A stretch of DNA of 64,000 nucleotides, from contig NC_087437.1 of the NCBI RefSeq assembly GCF_036321535.1, positions 10,046,001 to 10,110,000 of the forward strand, given 5' to 3'. Both the position numbers and the translations under genes were made by a program. Shown in pieces: positions 25,092 to 37,465 of this stretch. Numbering within the stretch: the first letter of the stretch is position 1; every line of letters begins with the position of its first letter. The notes beneath the pieces are model-generated. The model was given only the letters and a program-made list of their open reading frames with translations, made no database searches and was not told the DNA's origin. Origin of the DNA: Camelus dromedarius. Its lineage: Eukaryota.

Positions 25092-25261
25092 TGCAGTCGG
25101 AATAATATTCCCGCTCCAAGATGCCCATATCTTATAAACATGCCTGTCAAATGGGAGAGAAGAACTAAGGTTTCAGATAAACCAAGGTTGATAATCAGCT
25201 GATCTTACCGTGGTGAGATTACCCTGGATCATTCAGGTGAGCCAATGTATTCATAAGGACA
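25092..25261 (+). mobile_element. MLT1D-like LTR, 5' part
   Basis: aataatattcccgctccaagatgcccatatc...gagattaccctggatcattcaggtgagccaatgtattcataagg. Confidence 0.75.
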
Positions 25262-26278
25262 TTTTGTTTTCATCCAAGAATATGGAACCTTTATTTTAAC
25301 ATGATCACTGTACATCTGCAGTATGGGAGTGATCCCTTTAGAAAGGGAACTGATTACTAGAAGAAACAATGACAAAACCCATCTGATATTTAATGTGAAT
25401 CCATAGGAGTTTAAGCTTCAAATCCAGCCAAGAAGTTGGTTACCATCTCTTTCTGTTTTGCGTCTGACTCTTCTGAGATCTTTCCATCAGCCCTGATTTT
25501 GCCCAGTAGGCTTTGGTGCTGGCTGATAACATGCGACAAGAAAGCATTCTCAAACTTCGTGATCTTGCTGGGCTCCAGCTTATCGAGATATTCCCCGACA
25601 CCCACATAAATCAAGCCTCTGCTCTTCAACAGCCACGGAAGCATCCTGTCCTGGCTTCAGCAACTCAGTCAGATGCACACCATGACTCAAGAGATGCTGA
25701 GTAGTATTCTGTTGTGTAAACATACCACAACTTCTTTATCCAGTCATCTGTACAATGGAATACTACTCAGCCATAAAAAAGAATAAAATAATGCCATTTG
25801 CTGCACCATGGATGGACATGGAGATTGTCATTCTAAGTGAAGTAAGCCAGAAAGAGAAAGAAAAATAGCATATGATATCACTTACATGTGGAATCTAAAA
25901 AAAAAAAGACACTATGAACTCATCTACAAAACAGATACAGACCTAAAGACATAGTAAACAATCTTATGGTTACTGGGGAAAAGGGATGGGAAGGGATGAA
26001 TTTGGGAGTTTGGGATTGGCAAATGTTAGCCACTATAAATAAAAATAGATTAAAAAATAAGTTTAAAAAAAGAGTTCTTGAGTAGCAGCATTGAGATCAG
26101 AACCAAACTGGGCAGAAGCCACAACCTCAGGATACTGAGCCAATGCCAGTTTCATGTACCTGCCACCTGCTTCACCGCCCTGGTTGAGGCAGCAAATCCG
26201 ACAAGGGAAACAGACAAACTAGCATTAATGGCAGGACGAATACCTTTGTAGAACAATTCTGTTTTCAAGAAGATCTGT
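25262..26278 (-). pseudogene. ATP5F1A: ATP synthase F1 alpha processed pseudogene (5'-truncated, frameshifted, split by an L1)
   Basis: Minus strand 26278-26070 reads [40 protein letters not shown][fs][29 protein letters not shown]; 25700-25411 reads [25 protein letters not shown][fs][66 protein letters not shown]. No introns; 3' UTR with AATAAA (25290-25295) and an A-tail remnant (25262-25270). Confidence 0.96.
25705..26069 (+). mobile_element. Camelid-type L1 3' fragment with 5' inversion, inserted in the pseudogene
   Basis: 25705-25751 antisense L1, 25752-26069 sense L1 with A-tail; 16-bp TSD aagagatgctgagtag (25689-25704) / aagagttcttgagtag (26070-26085). Confidence 0.92.
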
Positions 26279-26602
26279 TAGAAGTTGGAAGAGGGAGGTG
26301 GAAGGTCAGTGTCCAAGTGATGCTTCATAAGAAAGACTGGACAAGACACTGCTGGTTTGAAGACGGAAGAGGGCACAAGCTAAGGGGTGCAGACAGCCTC
26401 CAGGTGCTGGAAAAGGCAAAGGAAGGAAACAGATTTTCCCCTGGAGCCTCGAAAAGGAATGTAGTCCTGCCAAAACCTTGATTTTAGCCCAGTTGGACCC
26501 ACTTCAGACTTCTCATCTCAAACATGGTAAAATATTAAATAAATATTTAAGCCACTAATTTGGCAGTAATTTGTAGTAATCAGAAACCAAAACAGAACTT
26601 AA
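26279..26602 (+). mobile_element. MLT1D-like LTR, 3' part
   Basis: tgctggtttgaagacggaag...gctggaaaaggcaaagg...cccctggagcctc...ccttgattttagcccag...ttaagccactaatttgg. Confidence 0.85.
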
Positions 26603-27879
26603 TATTTTCATATGATTTTGAAGTTACATGTAAAGGTTCTGCTCCTCTTTTAATACTAATTAATACTAATATATTTATGATTGTCATAAATATAAAACAT
26701 GTCCTTGGATCAAAAAGTTACCCTTTATCTTATTATGTGTCATTTTACCTGGAAATCACACACACAGACACAGACACATACACACATGCAAATCACACTT
26801 ATATCTTTGATTCATTCCTTTATCATTCATTTGTCTTTTCAACAAATTTTTATGTTATCTTAAAAGTTCCTTATCTGAAAAGTTTCCATTCATTCTTAGT
26901 ATTCTGATCTCTTACAGAACAAATTAAGCAATGACATTTCTCTGACCTCCCCTCTACTCCCCATATCCTCGCCCCAGTTCTTAGTGAACTCTGCCTGACC
27001 AGAGAGTGCATTTCTGACCCCAGATTCATTCTCACCTATTGAAAGAAACAGGGTCATTAGAGGAATTCGGATGCATCTCCTGCTGCAACCACAAGGGGGT
27101 GCCCTGTCCACAGAATAGTGCTTGATCCGAAAGATGGAGCCAAGAACTAATTAAGGAACACTTTTGATTCCTTAATTCCTGCTGGACCCGGGGGCTCTGA
27201 CACAGCACCACTCACAGACAGAGTCCACCATGTTGGATGGCCGTCCATTTGCCTTCCCAGTCTCCACTGCAGCCTTCTCAGAATTCTCGGTAAGAGGGAG
27301 CCAAGTAGTCACATGGCCACAAAGCCAGAGCCTAGAACAACATACACCTTTCTTCTCCCAGACTCCTCCTTGGCTGCTCCTTTCTGACCTTTTGTATTCA
27401 AAATATCAGGTTACAGTTCCTTCCCGGACAATGGCTTCCTGGCCACCTCTAACAGCAGGGATTCTTGTAAGACCCTCTACCACCCAGAATTCCCTGACTC
27501 TCCCTTCAGGTAGGGACTTACTGGTCCCTCTCGCTCGAGCAAAGGAAAACAAATGAAAAATAAAAGCAAAAGGACAATCTCCAGAGTGCATCCCACGACA
27601 TATAGCAACTAGAATATTTACGCTGTTTTAAAAGACGAATCCTATATTCCCACTTGCTTAGTTTGTATTATTATTTCAAAGTGATTGAGTATGTTACCCT
27701 TTTCTTTTAGTAGAGAACTTTTATTTTCTCAGTCAGCTGATTCTCTAAGGCCAAAGAAGTTTCACAAAGCAGGCAATGTTTCATGTCTTTATTCACCCCG
27801 TGCATAAAGGAAAGAGTGTTTAATAGCTGAGCCTTGAAATACAACTTTTCTCTCTCTTTCCCACATTGTTCTTGGAAAC

Positions 27880-28358
27880 TGTGGACAAAGCATGTCACCT
27901 GCCATTTCAGTAAACAAAGGGTGTTGCCGCGGCCATCGAGCCATCAGCCACTGCAGCCCCTCCCTCACTGATGGTGCACCCAAAGGGATGCACAGCGGAG
28001 AAAAACAGGATGCTGGCCCAAGGTAGTTAAGGTGCACATTAAGGAATAATTTCCATAAGTCCAGACTCTTGCATCTTCCCATACATAGAAAAGCCTTAAA
28101 TTCATTAACCTGAGATGGCTGGTGTGTTTTATTTTTTAAATAATTGGCATTCATCTTTTGATGTTGGACTACCTGTTTTGATTTTTTTTTTTTTTTGGCA
28201 AAAATGCCTACATAACTTGGCTTCTATCATTTCTCTTAAGAACAGTCCCTCAGAGCTAGCTATCTAAGAAGCTGTCTCCCAGGCTTAAGTCCTCAGTAAG
28301 TCTACCGGGTAAAAGATAATTCTCCACTTTTAGGTTGTGCATTTCTCTTCTGTCGACA
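27880..28358 (+). mobile_element. ERV1-class solo LTR (ALTR2-like), copy 4
   Basis: tgtggac...gtcgaca termini, homologous to copies 1-3, perfect TSD AAAC/AAAC. Confidence 0.92.
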
Positions 28359-29149
28359 AAACCCACAACTGTAAGTCGGTTTTCTTTAAAACTGTCAAGC
28401 TTAATTTTCAAAAAGTTCAAAGCATCCCAGAGATGTAGAATATCTGTGTCAAAGATATATTTATTCACAAGTGAGGGATCCCACAGGATGGTAGAGCTGG
28501 TTCACACTGCGTTTGAGAAACAGATTTGTATCACCTGTCTGAGAAAACCCACAGAAATAGGTTGGCTAAGTTAGAGAAAGGACAGGTTAACGTTCTACGG
28601 GCCAATAAAACTGTAACCATTGTGGTTCCCTACTCATTTGCATCGGTACCAGAAATCATCTGCTTCTGCGTGACACGAAGCTACAATTAACATGTCACTT
28701 CGCAGAGCCTGGGCTGGCCATGATCAATAGTAAACCAAAGCTGCATTACCCTATAAAATAAAATAATCTTTGTCTGGGTTTGTTAAACAGTGCTCAGGGA
28801 TGACACCAAAATCATATGCTTTCCTCCCTTTGTTTTGTTTTTTTTCCCCAAGTTTTTGGTGGTTTTTCGCTTCACAGTTAGGTAGGAAATCTTATGTCCA
28901 CTTCACTCTTTCCCCAGGATTTATTCTTTCCCAATTCATGTTTTAAACTTCTCCATCTTTGGTCTGCCTTTCTATTAAGGGTGAACTCATTCACCTAGTA
29001 GTCTTTTAGCATCTTCCATTCGCCAGGCCATGACAGATGTGAACAACAGTTTACATGTCACGAACTGCCTTGATACCAATAGTCTCATTTTTCTTTACTA
29101 TTTAAAGAGATACAGGGTAATTCAAGAACTAAACAAATTCAAAAAATGA

Positions 29150-29350
29150 TCACTCAGTAACTAGGTTTTATATAGTTATAAAAATGGTTTACTTTCTTTT
29201 ACTTCTTGGATCCTCACAAAAAGTTTAGAAGATAAATTTTTGTTACAGAGCAAGAAACTGAGGCTCAAAGAAGGTCATTTCTTTGCCACACGTGAGCAGA
29301 AAGGTTTCAGTGCATCTGCGTTTCCCACAGGCTTCACTGCTTTGAAGCTA
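29150..29350 (-). mobile_element. MIR fragment
   Basis: atcctcacaaa...ttacagagcaagaaactgaggctcaaagaagg. Confidence 0.55.
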
Positions 29351-29718
29351 TTATTTTTTGAGCATTAGGATTGAAGTTTTCCATTTCAAGTTTAGGTTTA
29401 TCTTGACTGTAGTTTAAATGCCAATCTGTGATATAAAAAAAAAATTAAGAGATAGTTCAAAATCACTTGCTAAACGAACTTCTATAACTGACAGTTCTTC
29501 TAAATTATAATTGGGGTAATAATTGGTAAAACGCTGCTCTTTCCTGACATCCATCAAATCTGTAATTTTCTGTAAGATGTGTGGCCCAGGAAAGCATCTT
29601 TTTTATTGTTTAGCCTTAATTATTGTCAATTCTGAGTTAATTAACCTCCCCAGGTGTCTCCCTTGTAGTTTGAGTGTCTCAAAGTCCCTGGAAACAGTCC
29701 TTCTGTTAAAAAAAAGTC

Positions 29719-30051
29719 ATATATATATGTATATATACACACATACACACACACACACACATGTATATATGTATATATATAAACATTGTTTCTTTATATA
29801 TATAAATGTAAATCCAATTCTGTCTTCAACTGTTACCTATTTTATTTGAGAAAACATCTCTTTACATATTTATATATAAATGTTTTATATATTCAAATTA
29901 TATATAATATATTTATATAAAGTATATATATTCATATATAAATATATATAAATTACATATTTCTATAGACTTTATATATATTTATATACATTATATATAT
30001 ATTTATATATAAAGAGGTGTTTTCTCAAATAAAATAGGTAACAGTTGAAGA
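29719..30051. repeat. AT-rich (TA)n/(CA)n compound repeat containing a 47-bp inverted repeat
   Basis: Arms 29823-29869 and 30005-30051 are reverse complements at 45 of 47 positions. Confidence 0.95.
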
Positions 30052-30529
30052 AAGACCTGCACTTTTCCAAATTCTGAGATGACCTGAGGGTTTCTGTTCA
30101 CTGACCGTCCACATGTTAGAAGGCACAAATGAAAGACAGAAGAGGATGTGGGCTCAGCATGGGAGGCGGAAGCTCAAGAGTGATTCTGAGCCAGAACTCA
30201 CTTCATCCCTATTGACCTTACGTACGTCAGCTGAGGAAGCTGTGAGCAATGAGCTAGATAATGCACAAGAAAGCTCTTAGTAAAATTTAAATGTAACACA
30301 GATGCCGGGTGTGACCCACGAGGATGCAAACCCCAGCACGCACCACTTCCGTTAGGTCCTGAAACTGCACGTGTTCGTCGGCTCACGCAGGAGACCTGCG
30401 CATGCTCCTTCCAAGCCTGGGGCCCCATCCCCACCACCTTCTGTCCTCCACCTCCCGACCTCCACCTCCCCTCCCGCTGGCCTGGAGACTCCCGCAGAGA
30501 GAGCACTTCCTCTGGAAATTTTCCTTTGT

Positions 30530-30720
30530 CCCCAGTTCTGGGTTGGTTGTCAGCAAGCCCTCTACTTCCATCAGGATGTTTATGCAGTCTCATTACTCGC
30601 CCACCCCAGCAGTACATTCAGCTTTCTTAGAGAAGAGGTTGCATCTATCCATATCCCCATCACTTCAGCCCGTTCACAGGGTATGGCAGTCACTGGATAC
30701 ATATTTGTGGAGTGAACTTT
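30530..30720 (+). mobile_element. L2 3' end fragment
   Basis: cagctttcttagagaagagg...tccccatcacttcagcc...atacatatttgtggagtgaa. Confidence 0.5.
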
Positions 30721-32248
30721 AATCTGCCAAATGACGTATCTCCATCTGTTACATCTGGACAAAATGTGTTGACCCCTGAATACTTCACAAAGAAAATATA
30801 TGAGGTTTAAAGGATATGGTCCCTACTCAGTAGATGATGTACTAAAGTGTATAGATGAAAGACATTTACAGAATAATGACATCGTGTTTACGAACAAGTA
30901 GAGAATGCATCATACAGACAAGTAGGGATGACTGTGGATAAAAAAGGAAGGAAACGTTTTATAAGAAATGGGAAAGATTGATGCATCCTTTCAAAATAAC
31001 CTTAAATCATCAGTATTCAAAACTACAAATTCAAACTCTTAACGTCATGCTGAGGGCACCTCTGGCAGGATAACAAGTGTGGGCTGGAGAATACGAAAGA
31101 CATTTCACAGAGGACATGGAGGAAAATATTTTGTTTACAGTCATTATTTGGCATTGTTTCCATAAGAACCTTTGTTGTTGAACTTAGAGGGATTCATTCT
31201 CAGCACATAGTCTTTTTTTTGTCAGGTCATTATTTTTACATGAGCAAATCTTCTAGTCTATCCTCTGTGCTAACTGCTTTTTAGTTCCAAGCATCCTTCC
31301 CACAAAGGTCCTCGATTCACCGAAACTCCCTCTTCTCCTCGATGCCACTGAAGTGCTTTGAAACAAATTATTTGCACTGTGGCAAGTGCTGGAAGAAAAT
31401 CTACAGTATATTTGATGCAGATCTATCTTTCATTATTTTTGGCAATAGAACTGAATAAATACATTTATCGTTACAGTTTTTAAAAATAACTTTAGGATCT
31501 GAAAGAAGGAAAAAGTTGGCTTTAAAGCCATTCCTTCCTCCAAGGCTTTGGATAAAACAATCACTTTAGAAAACCGTGTTGTGTTTTCTATTGATACGCC
31601 TTCACACATGTGTCAAAGTGTACACGTGAATTTTTGTTTGTGAGTATAAACACATATATTAAGTTATATACACATGCATCAGATACATGTATTTTCTATC
31701 CATGTGGATTATTCCTTGTGAGTGGCCATCAGTACACACCAGAGATGCCCCAAGATGCTCTGTTTTATAACATTATAGCATAAATATACACATCAACCTG
31801 ATAATATCTTCCTTAAGGAATGAATTATATTGCCAAAGTAAGGAAACATAAAATGCAGTGTTAGAATATTTCCATCAGAAAGAGCTAAATTTTTTTTAAA
31901 AATGTTTATCCCCTAAGCCCAAGTGCGCTCTTCAGAAATATGGAAGACCCCGACTGTAGAGATCCATATGGACCCAAGAGTCCAATGGCAGACACTTGTT
32001 CCTTTTCTTACCTCCTCCTCTTCTACCAGTAGAACACCTGGGAGTGCTCAAGGATGCATAAACGTTTTAGGTCATCATTTAAAACATTCTGTCCCTGATT
32101 GAAAGAGTTTGGTACTTTGTAAATTTGCTTTATGATTAAAAAAAAAAATCACAGGTGCTAAAAATATGGATTTGCAGAAACCCTCTAGAGCATCAGAATC
32201 CACGGGAGAGGACCTCAAACTTAGTATTTTGGACAAATGTCTGAGGTC

Positions 32249-32425
32249 AGTACTTCTCAAACTTGAATACACAAGCTGATCACCTCTCCAGGTGTTAAAT
32301 TCTTGTTAAAATGCAGATTCTGATTCAGTAGCTCTGTGATCACACCTGAAAACTTGCATTTACAGTGAGCTCCCAGGGGATGCAGAAGCCACTGACGAAG
32401 ACCCACACTTTGAGCAGCGGAGGCC
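32249..32425. mobile_element. MER5A hAT-Charlie DNA transposon
   Basis: cagtacttctcaaactt...ttgttaaaatgcagattctgattcagtag...ttgcatttac...cacactttgagcagc. Confidence 0.8.
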
Positions 32426-32651
32426 TCGCTGATTGTCCCCATCAGGCATGAAGGAAGTGGTGGCCTAGTCACTAGTTTCCCAAAGCATCAGACAATAGCT
32501 TGCTTGGATAGTGTGGAGGCAATGAATGGGGTTGGTTAAAAAAAAAAAGAAAAGGCCTAGGAGGAAGGACGGTCTTACCGGGTTGTGTTGCTGCCCCCCA
32601 CGCCTAGGCAGTCACGGTAGAACTAAATATGATCTGGCCAGCATTTCTTAC

Positions 32652-33087
32652 TTTTTTAATTCTATTTTATTTTTAAAATTTTTTAAATTGAAGTATGGTT
32701 GATTGACAATGTTGCGTTAGTCTCTGGTGTACAGCGTAGTGATTCATTTATATATATTCTTTTCATATTCTTTTTTATTATAGCTTATTAAAAGTTACTG
32801 AAGAGTTCCCTGTACTATACAGTAGGACCTTGTTGTTTATCTATTCTGTATAAAACAGTTTGTATCTGCTAATCTCAAACTCCTAATTTATCCCTCCCAA
32901 CCTCTTTTCTTCCCTGGTAACCATAAGTTTGCTTTCTATGTGACTCTTTTTCTGTTTTGTAAATAAGTTCATTTGTATCATTTTTTAGAGTCTACGTATA
33001 AATGATATTGTACGTCATTTGTCTTTCTCTGTCTGACGTACTTCACTTAGTGTGATCATCTCTAGGTCCACCCATGTTGCTGCAAAT
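32652..33087 (-). mobile_element. Artiodactyl-type L1 3' end
   Basis: aattgaagtatggttgattgacaat...ctctaggtccacccatgttgctgcaaat. Confidence 0.9.
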
Positions 33088-33204
33088 TGACCAGCATTTC
33101 TTAAAGCAATACCTTTCTGTAACTTACTCTGCATAAAATTGTGATTTTCCTCTGTTCGGCTGATTTTGGAATTTTGTTCTTCTTGTTGTTTAATTCTCAA
33201 AAGG

Positions 33205-33455
33205 CACCTTTATTTCTTAGTTTCTTCAGTCTATATGTATTGAGTACATACCGTGTGGAAAGTTCTAGACTAAACGGTACTGGGAGTCTCAGCAATAAAC
33301 AAGGCACAGTCCTCACCCTTCAAGGCATATGCAGCCTAGTGGGAGAAACAAGATGTGACCTGGAATACCTTAATGCAGGGTAAGATGTTATTACCACTGC
33401 GACAGAAACACAAGCACCGTTGTTATGAAAGTTCAGAGGAAAGAGACGTTTCTGA
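33205..33455 (-). mobile_element. L2 3' fragment
   Basis: tatgtattgagtacatacc...cagtcctcacccttcaaggcatatgcagcctagtgggag. Confidence 0.65.
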
Positions 33456-35924
33456 TCGCAGTGTCAGGGCAGGACACAAGATTTGAACGCACAGCTGTCT
33501 GACTCTATTACCACATCGAAGAAGCCAATGGGGGCCCAATGGTCAAAGCCACAGAACCCTGACCTTGTCCTCAGGCAGCTAGGGTGCTGGCAAAGGTTTT
33601 GTTTAAGCCTGGCCATCTTGACACCAGCTGTGAGTTTAGAAAACAAACACGAAACTAACCAGAGGGTCATTCAGGACCCTGAGGGAATTGCTGTTGAGCA
33701 GATATAATTTGGGGGTGCTCACTTGGCACTCATTTCTCTGCTGTTTAATCTCCATCTGTTGATATCACCCCTCTAAGAAGTATAATTTTTTATTGTATAT
33801 CTTGTAATCCTAAATCTTTCCTTTTGTTTAGCCTTTTTAGCAAACTGATATGCAAAGAAGTTGTCATGTACTATATGGGGGGCTTACAGTCACTTTTTAG
33901 TGCTCTGCTGAATTACGGCATTATTTTGTATTCTATAACAAGAGGCTATGAGAGAATAATATAAGATTATTTCTAACATAATTCAAAACATGCAGAACAA
34001 ACAAATCTAATTTGTGCAAACCGTTCTGACGTATAACTTTACTTTCACAAGAAGCCTTGAAAATAGGTTCTCAGTTGAGAAGGAGTTACTTTAGCAGGGA
34101 TAAATTATGAAACAATTTACCAGTTCTATGAAGAAAAAAAAAAGGTTACTTTGTATTATGTGCCTAAATCTGCATAATTCTAAAAATAGACTATTAACAG
34201 CTATATGAAAAATAGAATTGTATGTTTTTGTGCATGAAGCAACATATATTTATGGAAGAAAATATATGCCAAAATGTTACTGCAGAAGGGCAAGATTTAA
34301 AAACATTTCAGCAACAAGACAATCTATTCTGACAATGGGTATTTACGATTCACCAGTGTATCGAGATAAAACAGAAGGCATACATTTTTAAAAGCAACTC
34401 CCCCAATCGCTTCCCAAATTAATCACCTTTAGAGTGTTCCAAATCATAGACATTTAATGCTGTTTGGTTTTGACAGTGTTGATCATGGGATTTTTCCTAT
34501 AACCATATGTTAAGCAAGCAAAGTCACCTGTCAAAAAGAATAGCCGTTTGAAGACTAATTTCATCACACATAATGGGTAAATCATCATATTGATGGTTTG
34601 CAAAAAAAAAAAATTTCATTCATACTCTGGCTTTGGTGCTGAGTCCTGGGACAACCTATCATTATGATGGACACTTAGCTTACAGGCTTTAACATCCTGA
34701 AAAAAATGTTGGAAAGAGCTCATGCCAACGCTGAGGAGCATGAAGGGCAGCGAATTCGGCTCAGAACACTAGGCTAGGGTGCTCAGAAATTGTGTCATAC
34801 CCAGTAGATGTTCAGTGAACATCTGTTGATGGAACAACCTTATGCCAGCTCTACACTGAAAACACTGTCTCCAGCACCTGCACATCGGCCACGTCCTCAT
34901 TCTGCTGCGTGGCTGTTGTTAACTCTGGCCATCTCTCTGCCAAACGCACAAGGAAGCCTAGTGAGTTACAAATCCCTCCAGCTCTCCAAATGTAAGCCAT
35001 GATTGGACCTAGGCACTGATGAAGACAGCCCTGAACTTCTCTATGACGAAAGTGGAATTATTATGAAGGTACAGAAACCAACAAGCCATTATGTTTGTAA
35101 AATCTCCTTTGTAAAAAGGGTTCCAAAGAAAGAGCATGTGAGAAACAGAAAATTCACAGAAAAGGTACAATTATAATGATGGAGATTTCTACCTAAACAC
35201 AGAGGGAATTATTTTACCTCAAAAATTCTCCCTTAGCAAAGTCTCTATGAAGTTGTAATAATATCTGGGCAAACCTTTTCAATTGTTTTATTTATAAAGA
35301 ACAAAACTGGAGAAAATACATTGCCATAAAATCACACCAATCGATGGTAATTTTAATGTTTTTCGAGGTCACTTGACAGAGTCAGTAAAAACAGATCTTA
35401 AAATTTAGCATACATTTAGTAATTAGTATTATGACATCACCACTGCATCGTTGGATATAATTGTAAAGAAGTCTTCCAAGAATGCCTTAAAAAGGCATTA
35501 TAACAATGAGCAGTTACTATGTGGAAACCGTGTATAACAGTAAGAATGGGTAAATAATAATGATACTCTTATACAGATGGGTTCTTGTCACATAGCATTA
35601 TGATCTCAATTTAAATGAAAGTGAAAACCAGGGAGCAGTCCGAGATGATGGCACAGAAGGACCCTGAACTCCCCTCCTTCCATGGGCACACAAAATCTTC
35701 AGCTGCACATGGAACCACGTCCTCAGAGAAAGAACTGAAAAGAGGCTGAGCTGCTCCTGCAGAAGGAAGGATGAAAGGACCACATCAAGATGGACAGGAG
35801 AGACAGAGATGCGTTCTCACCAAAACCCCACCCGACGTTTGGGCTTCTCCCAGAGGATCAAGGGCTTTGTGCCCCACGGCAGGCACCCCAACTCTTGAGA
35901 TCTGCTCCAGAGAGATGGCTACGC

Positions 35925-36200
35925 TTTTTATTGGTGTACAGCATAGCGATTCAGTTATACATATATATATTCTTTTTCAAATTCTTTTCCATTATAGGTT
36001 ATTACAAGGTATTGAATATAATGCCCTGTACTGTGCAGTAGGATCTTGCTGTTTATCTATTTTATACATAGTAGTTTGTGTGTGCTAATCCCAAACTCCT
36101 AATTTATCCCTCCCTGCCTTCCCCTTTGGCAATCGTAAGTTTGTTTTCTATGTCTGTGAGTCACCTTCTGTTTTATAAATAAGTTCAATTGTATCATTAC
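35925..36200 (-). mobile_element. Younger artiodactyl L1 3' fragment nested in the L1 5' UTR
   Basis: ggtgtacagcatagcgattcagttatac...aataagttcaattgtatcatt. Confidence 0.88.
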
Positions 36201-37465
36201 AGGCCCCCCTTATGTCTGGCTTAGAAAACTCTGGGGCTTATGTCCAAGGGGCCCAGAGTGCTGTAGGGAACTAAGATTCTTCTTCTAAAGAGCTTGCTGT
36301 GCACTCAGTCACTGCAGGACCCAGCGCAAAAGCAGCAGTTTGAAAAGTGCCTGGTCTAGGTGAAGAAGACTCATTTGCTAATCTTAGAGCATCTGCTGGA
36401 GGGGCAGGGGACAGAAGCACTGGAGGATGACATTATTATACTCTCCCTCTACCTGCCAGCGTGGGCAGGTATACATGGACATAACACACTCTCTCTGCCT
36501 TGCTAAGGCCAGTGGGGACAGGCCGTCAGGGCACTCAACCACTGTATCGCTGGGGCCAGCAAGCACAAGAGGTCACAGCATTCTCCTTGTCCCTTGCTAA
36601 AGCTGGCTTATGCTCCCAGAATCTGTGTGCTGTAGCTGGCGGGTGTGTGCAGTCAAGGCATGTTCCCACTGCCTTGATAGCACCGGCAGGTGTGCCCCAG
36701 CTGCCTCACTAAGGCAAGGGGACATGTGCAATACACACAGGGCATGCCTTTGATCACTTGGCCCTGCTGGCTAAAGGAGCTTCAGTTTGGGGGCTCTACA
36801 GGATTGCAACAATTGAAAAGGTAGTTCTCAGCAGGGCACCAGCCCAGGACACTGGACAGAGAGCAGACTGGAACACACCCAAGTCTTCCTGTGAAAAAGG
36901 TCTATTTACTTGTCCTGGAGCTTCAGATTGAGGGACAGGCTTCAGGCTTGCCACATGTTTAGAGGCTATGGAGATGCTCCCAGGGACTGTAAGCAGGGAG
37001 ACACCTCCCTTCACACCCCTTCAGTCTCATGGCAGCTAGATGATACCTCCCAGGACAGGGCTTGTACACTTGTTTAGAGCCCCAGGTTGTATACAACTGT
37101 CATCCAGGGGACACTTCCAGATCTCCTGCTCTGGAGACCAGTGGGAATTACAATGGTGGCCCCACAGGACTATACATATGTTCATACTTTAAAGATACTG
37201 CCTCAGGAGCTGGCTTCCCATAAGCCTGAGACTAGATGCTGACTGAGATCTCTTTCTTTGGAACAGGCAGGTGTTAGCACAACCTCAACAACTGGGACCT
37301 ACCACGAATCAATCAGGCTGCTTAGACAATCACAAACATTTGAGAGACAACCAAGAGCCTGGGCAAGGCTGAATTATAAGGATCATCTCCCACACAAGGC
37401 CACTTCTTTAAGACTGAGAGAGGTAGCTGCTCTGCTTAATGCCTAGAAACAGAGAGTCAGGCAAA

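Noticed and set aside
25411..25644. Functional ATP5F1A gene or exon
   Set aside because: No introns, 5' truncation, two frameshifts, an L1 insertion and a poly(A) remnant. The listed N-terminus [10 protein letters not shown] comes from a shifted frame.
14711..28358. A provirus between direct LTR copies 1 and 4
   Set aside because: Separate TSDs (CACC vs AAAC), different subtypes, and older repeats lying between them.
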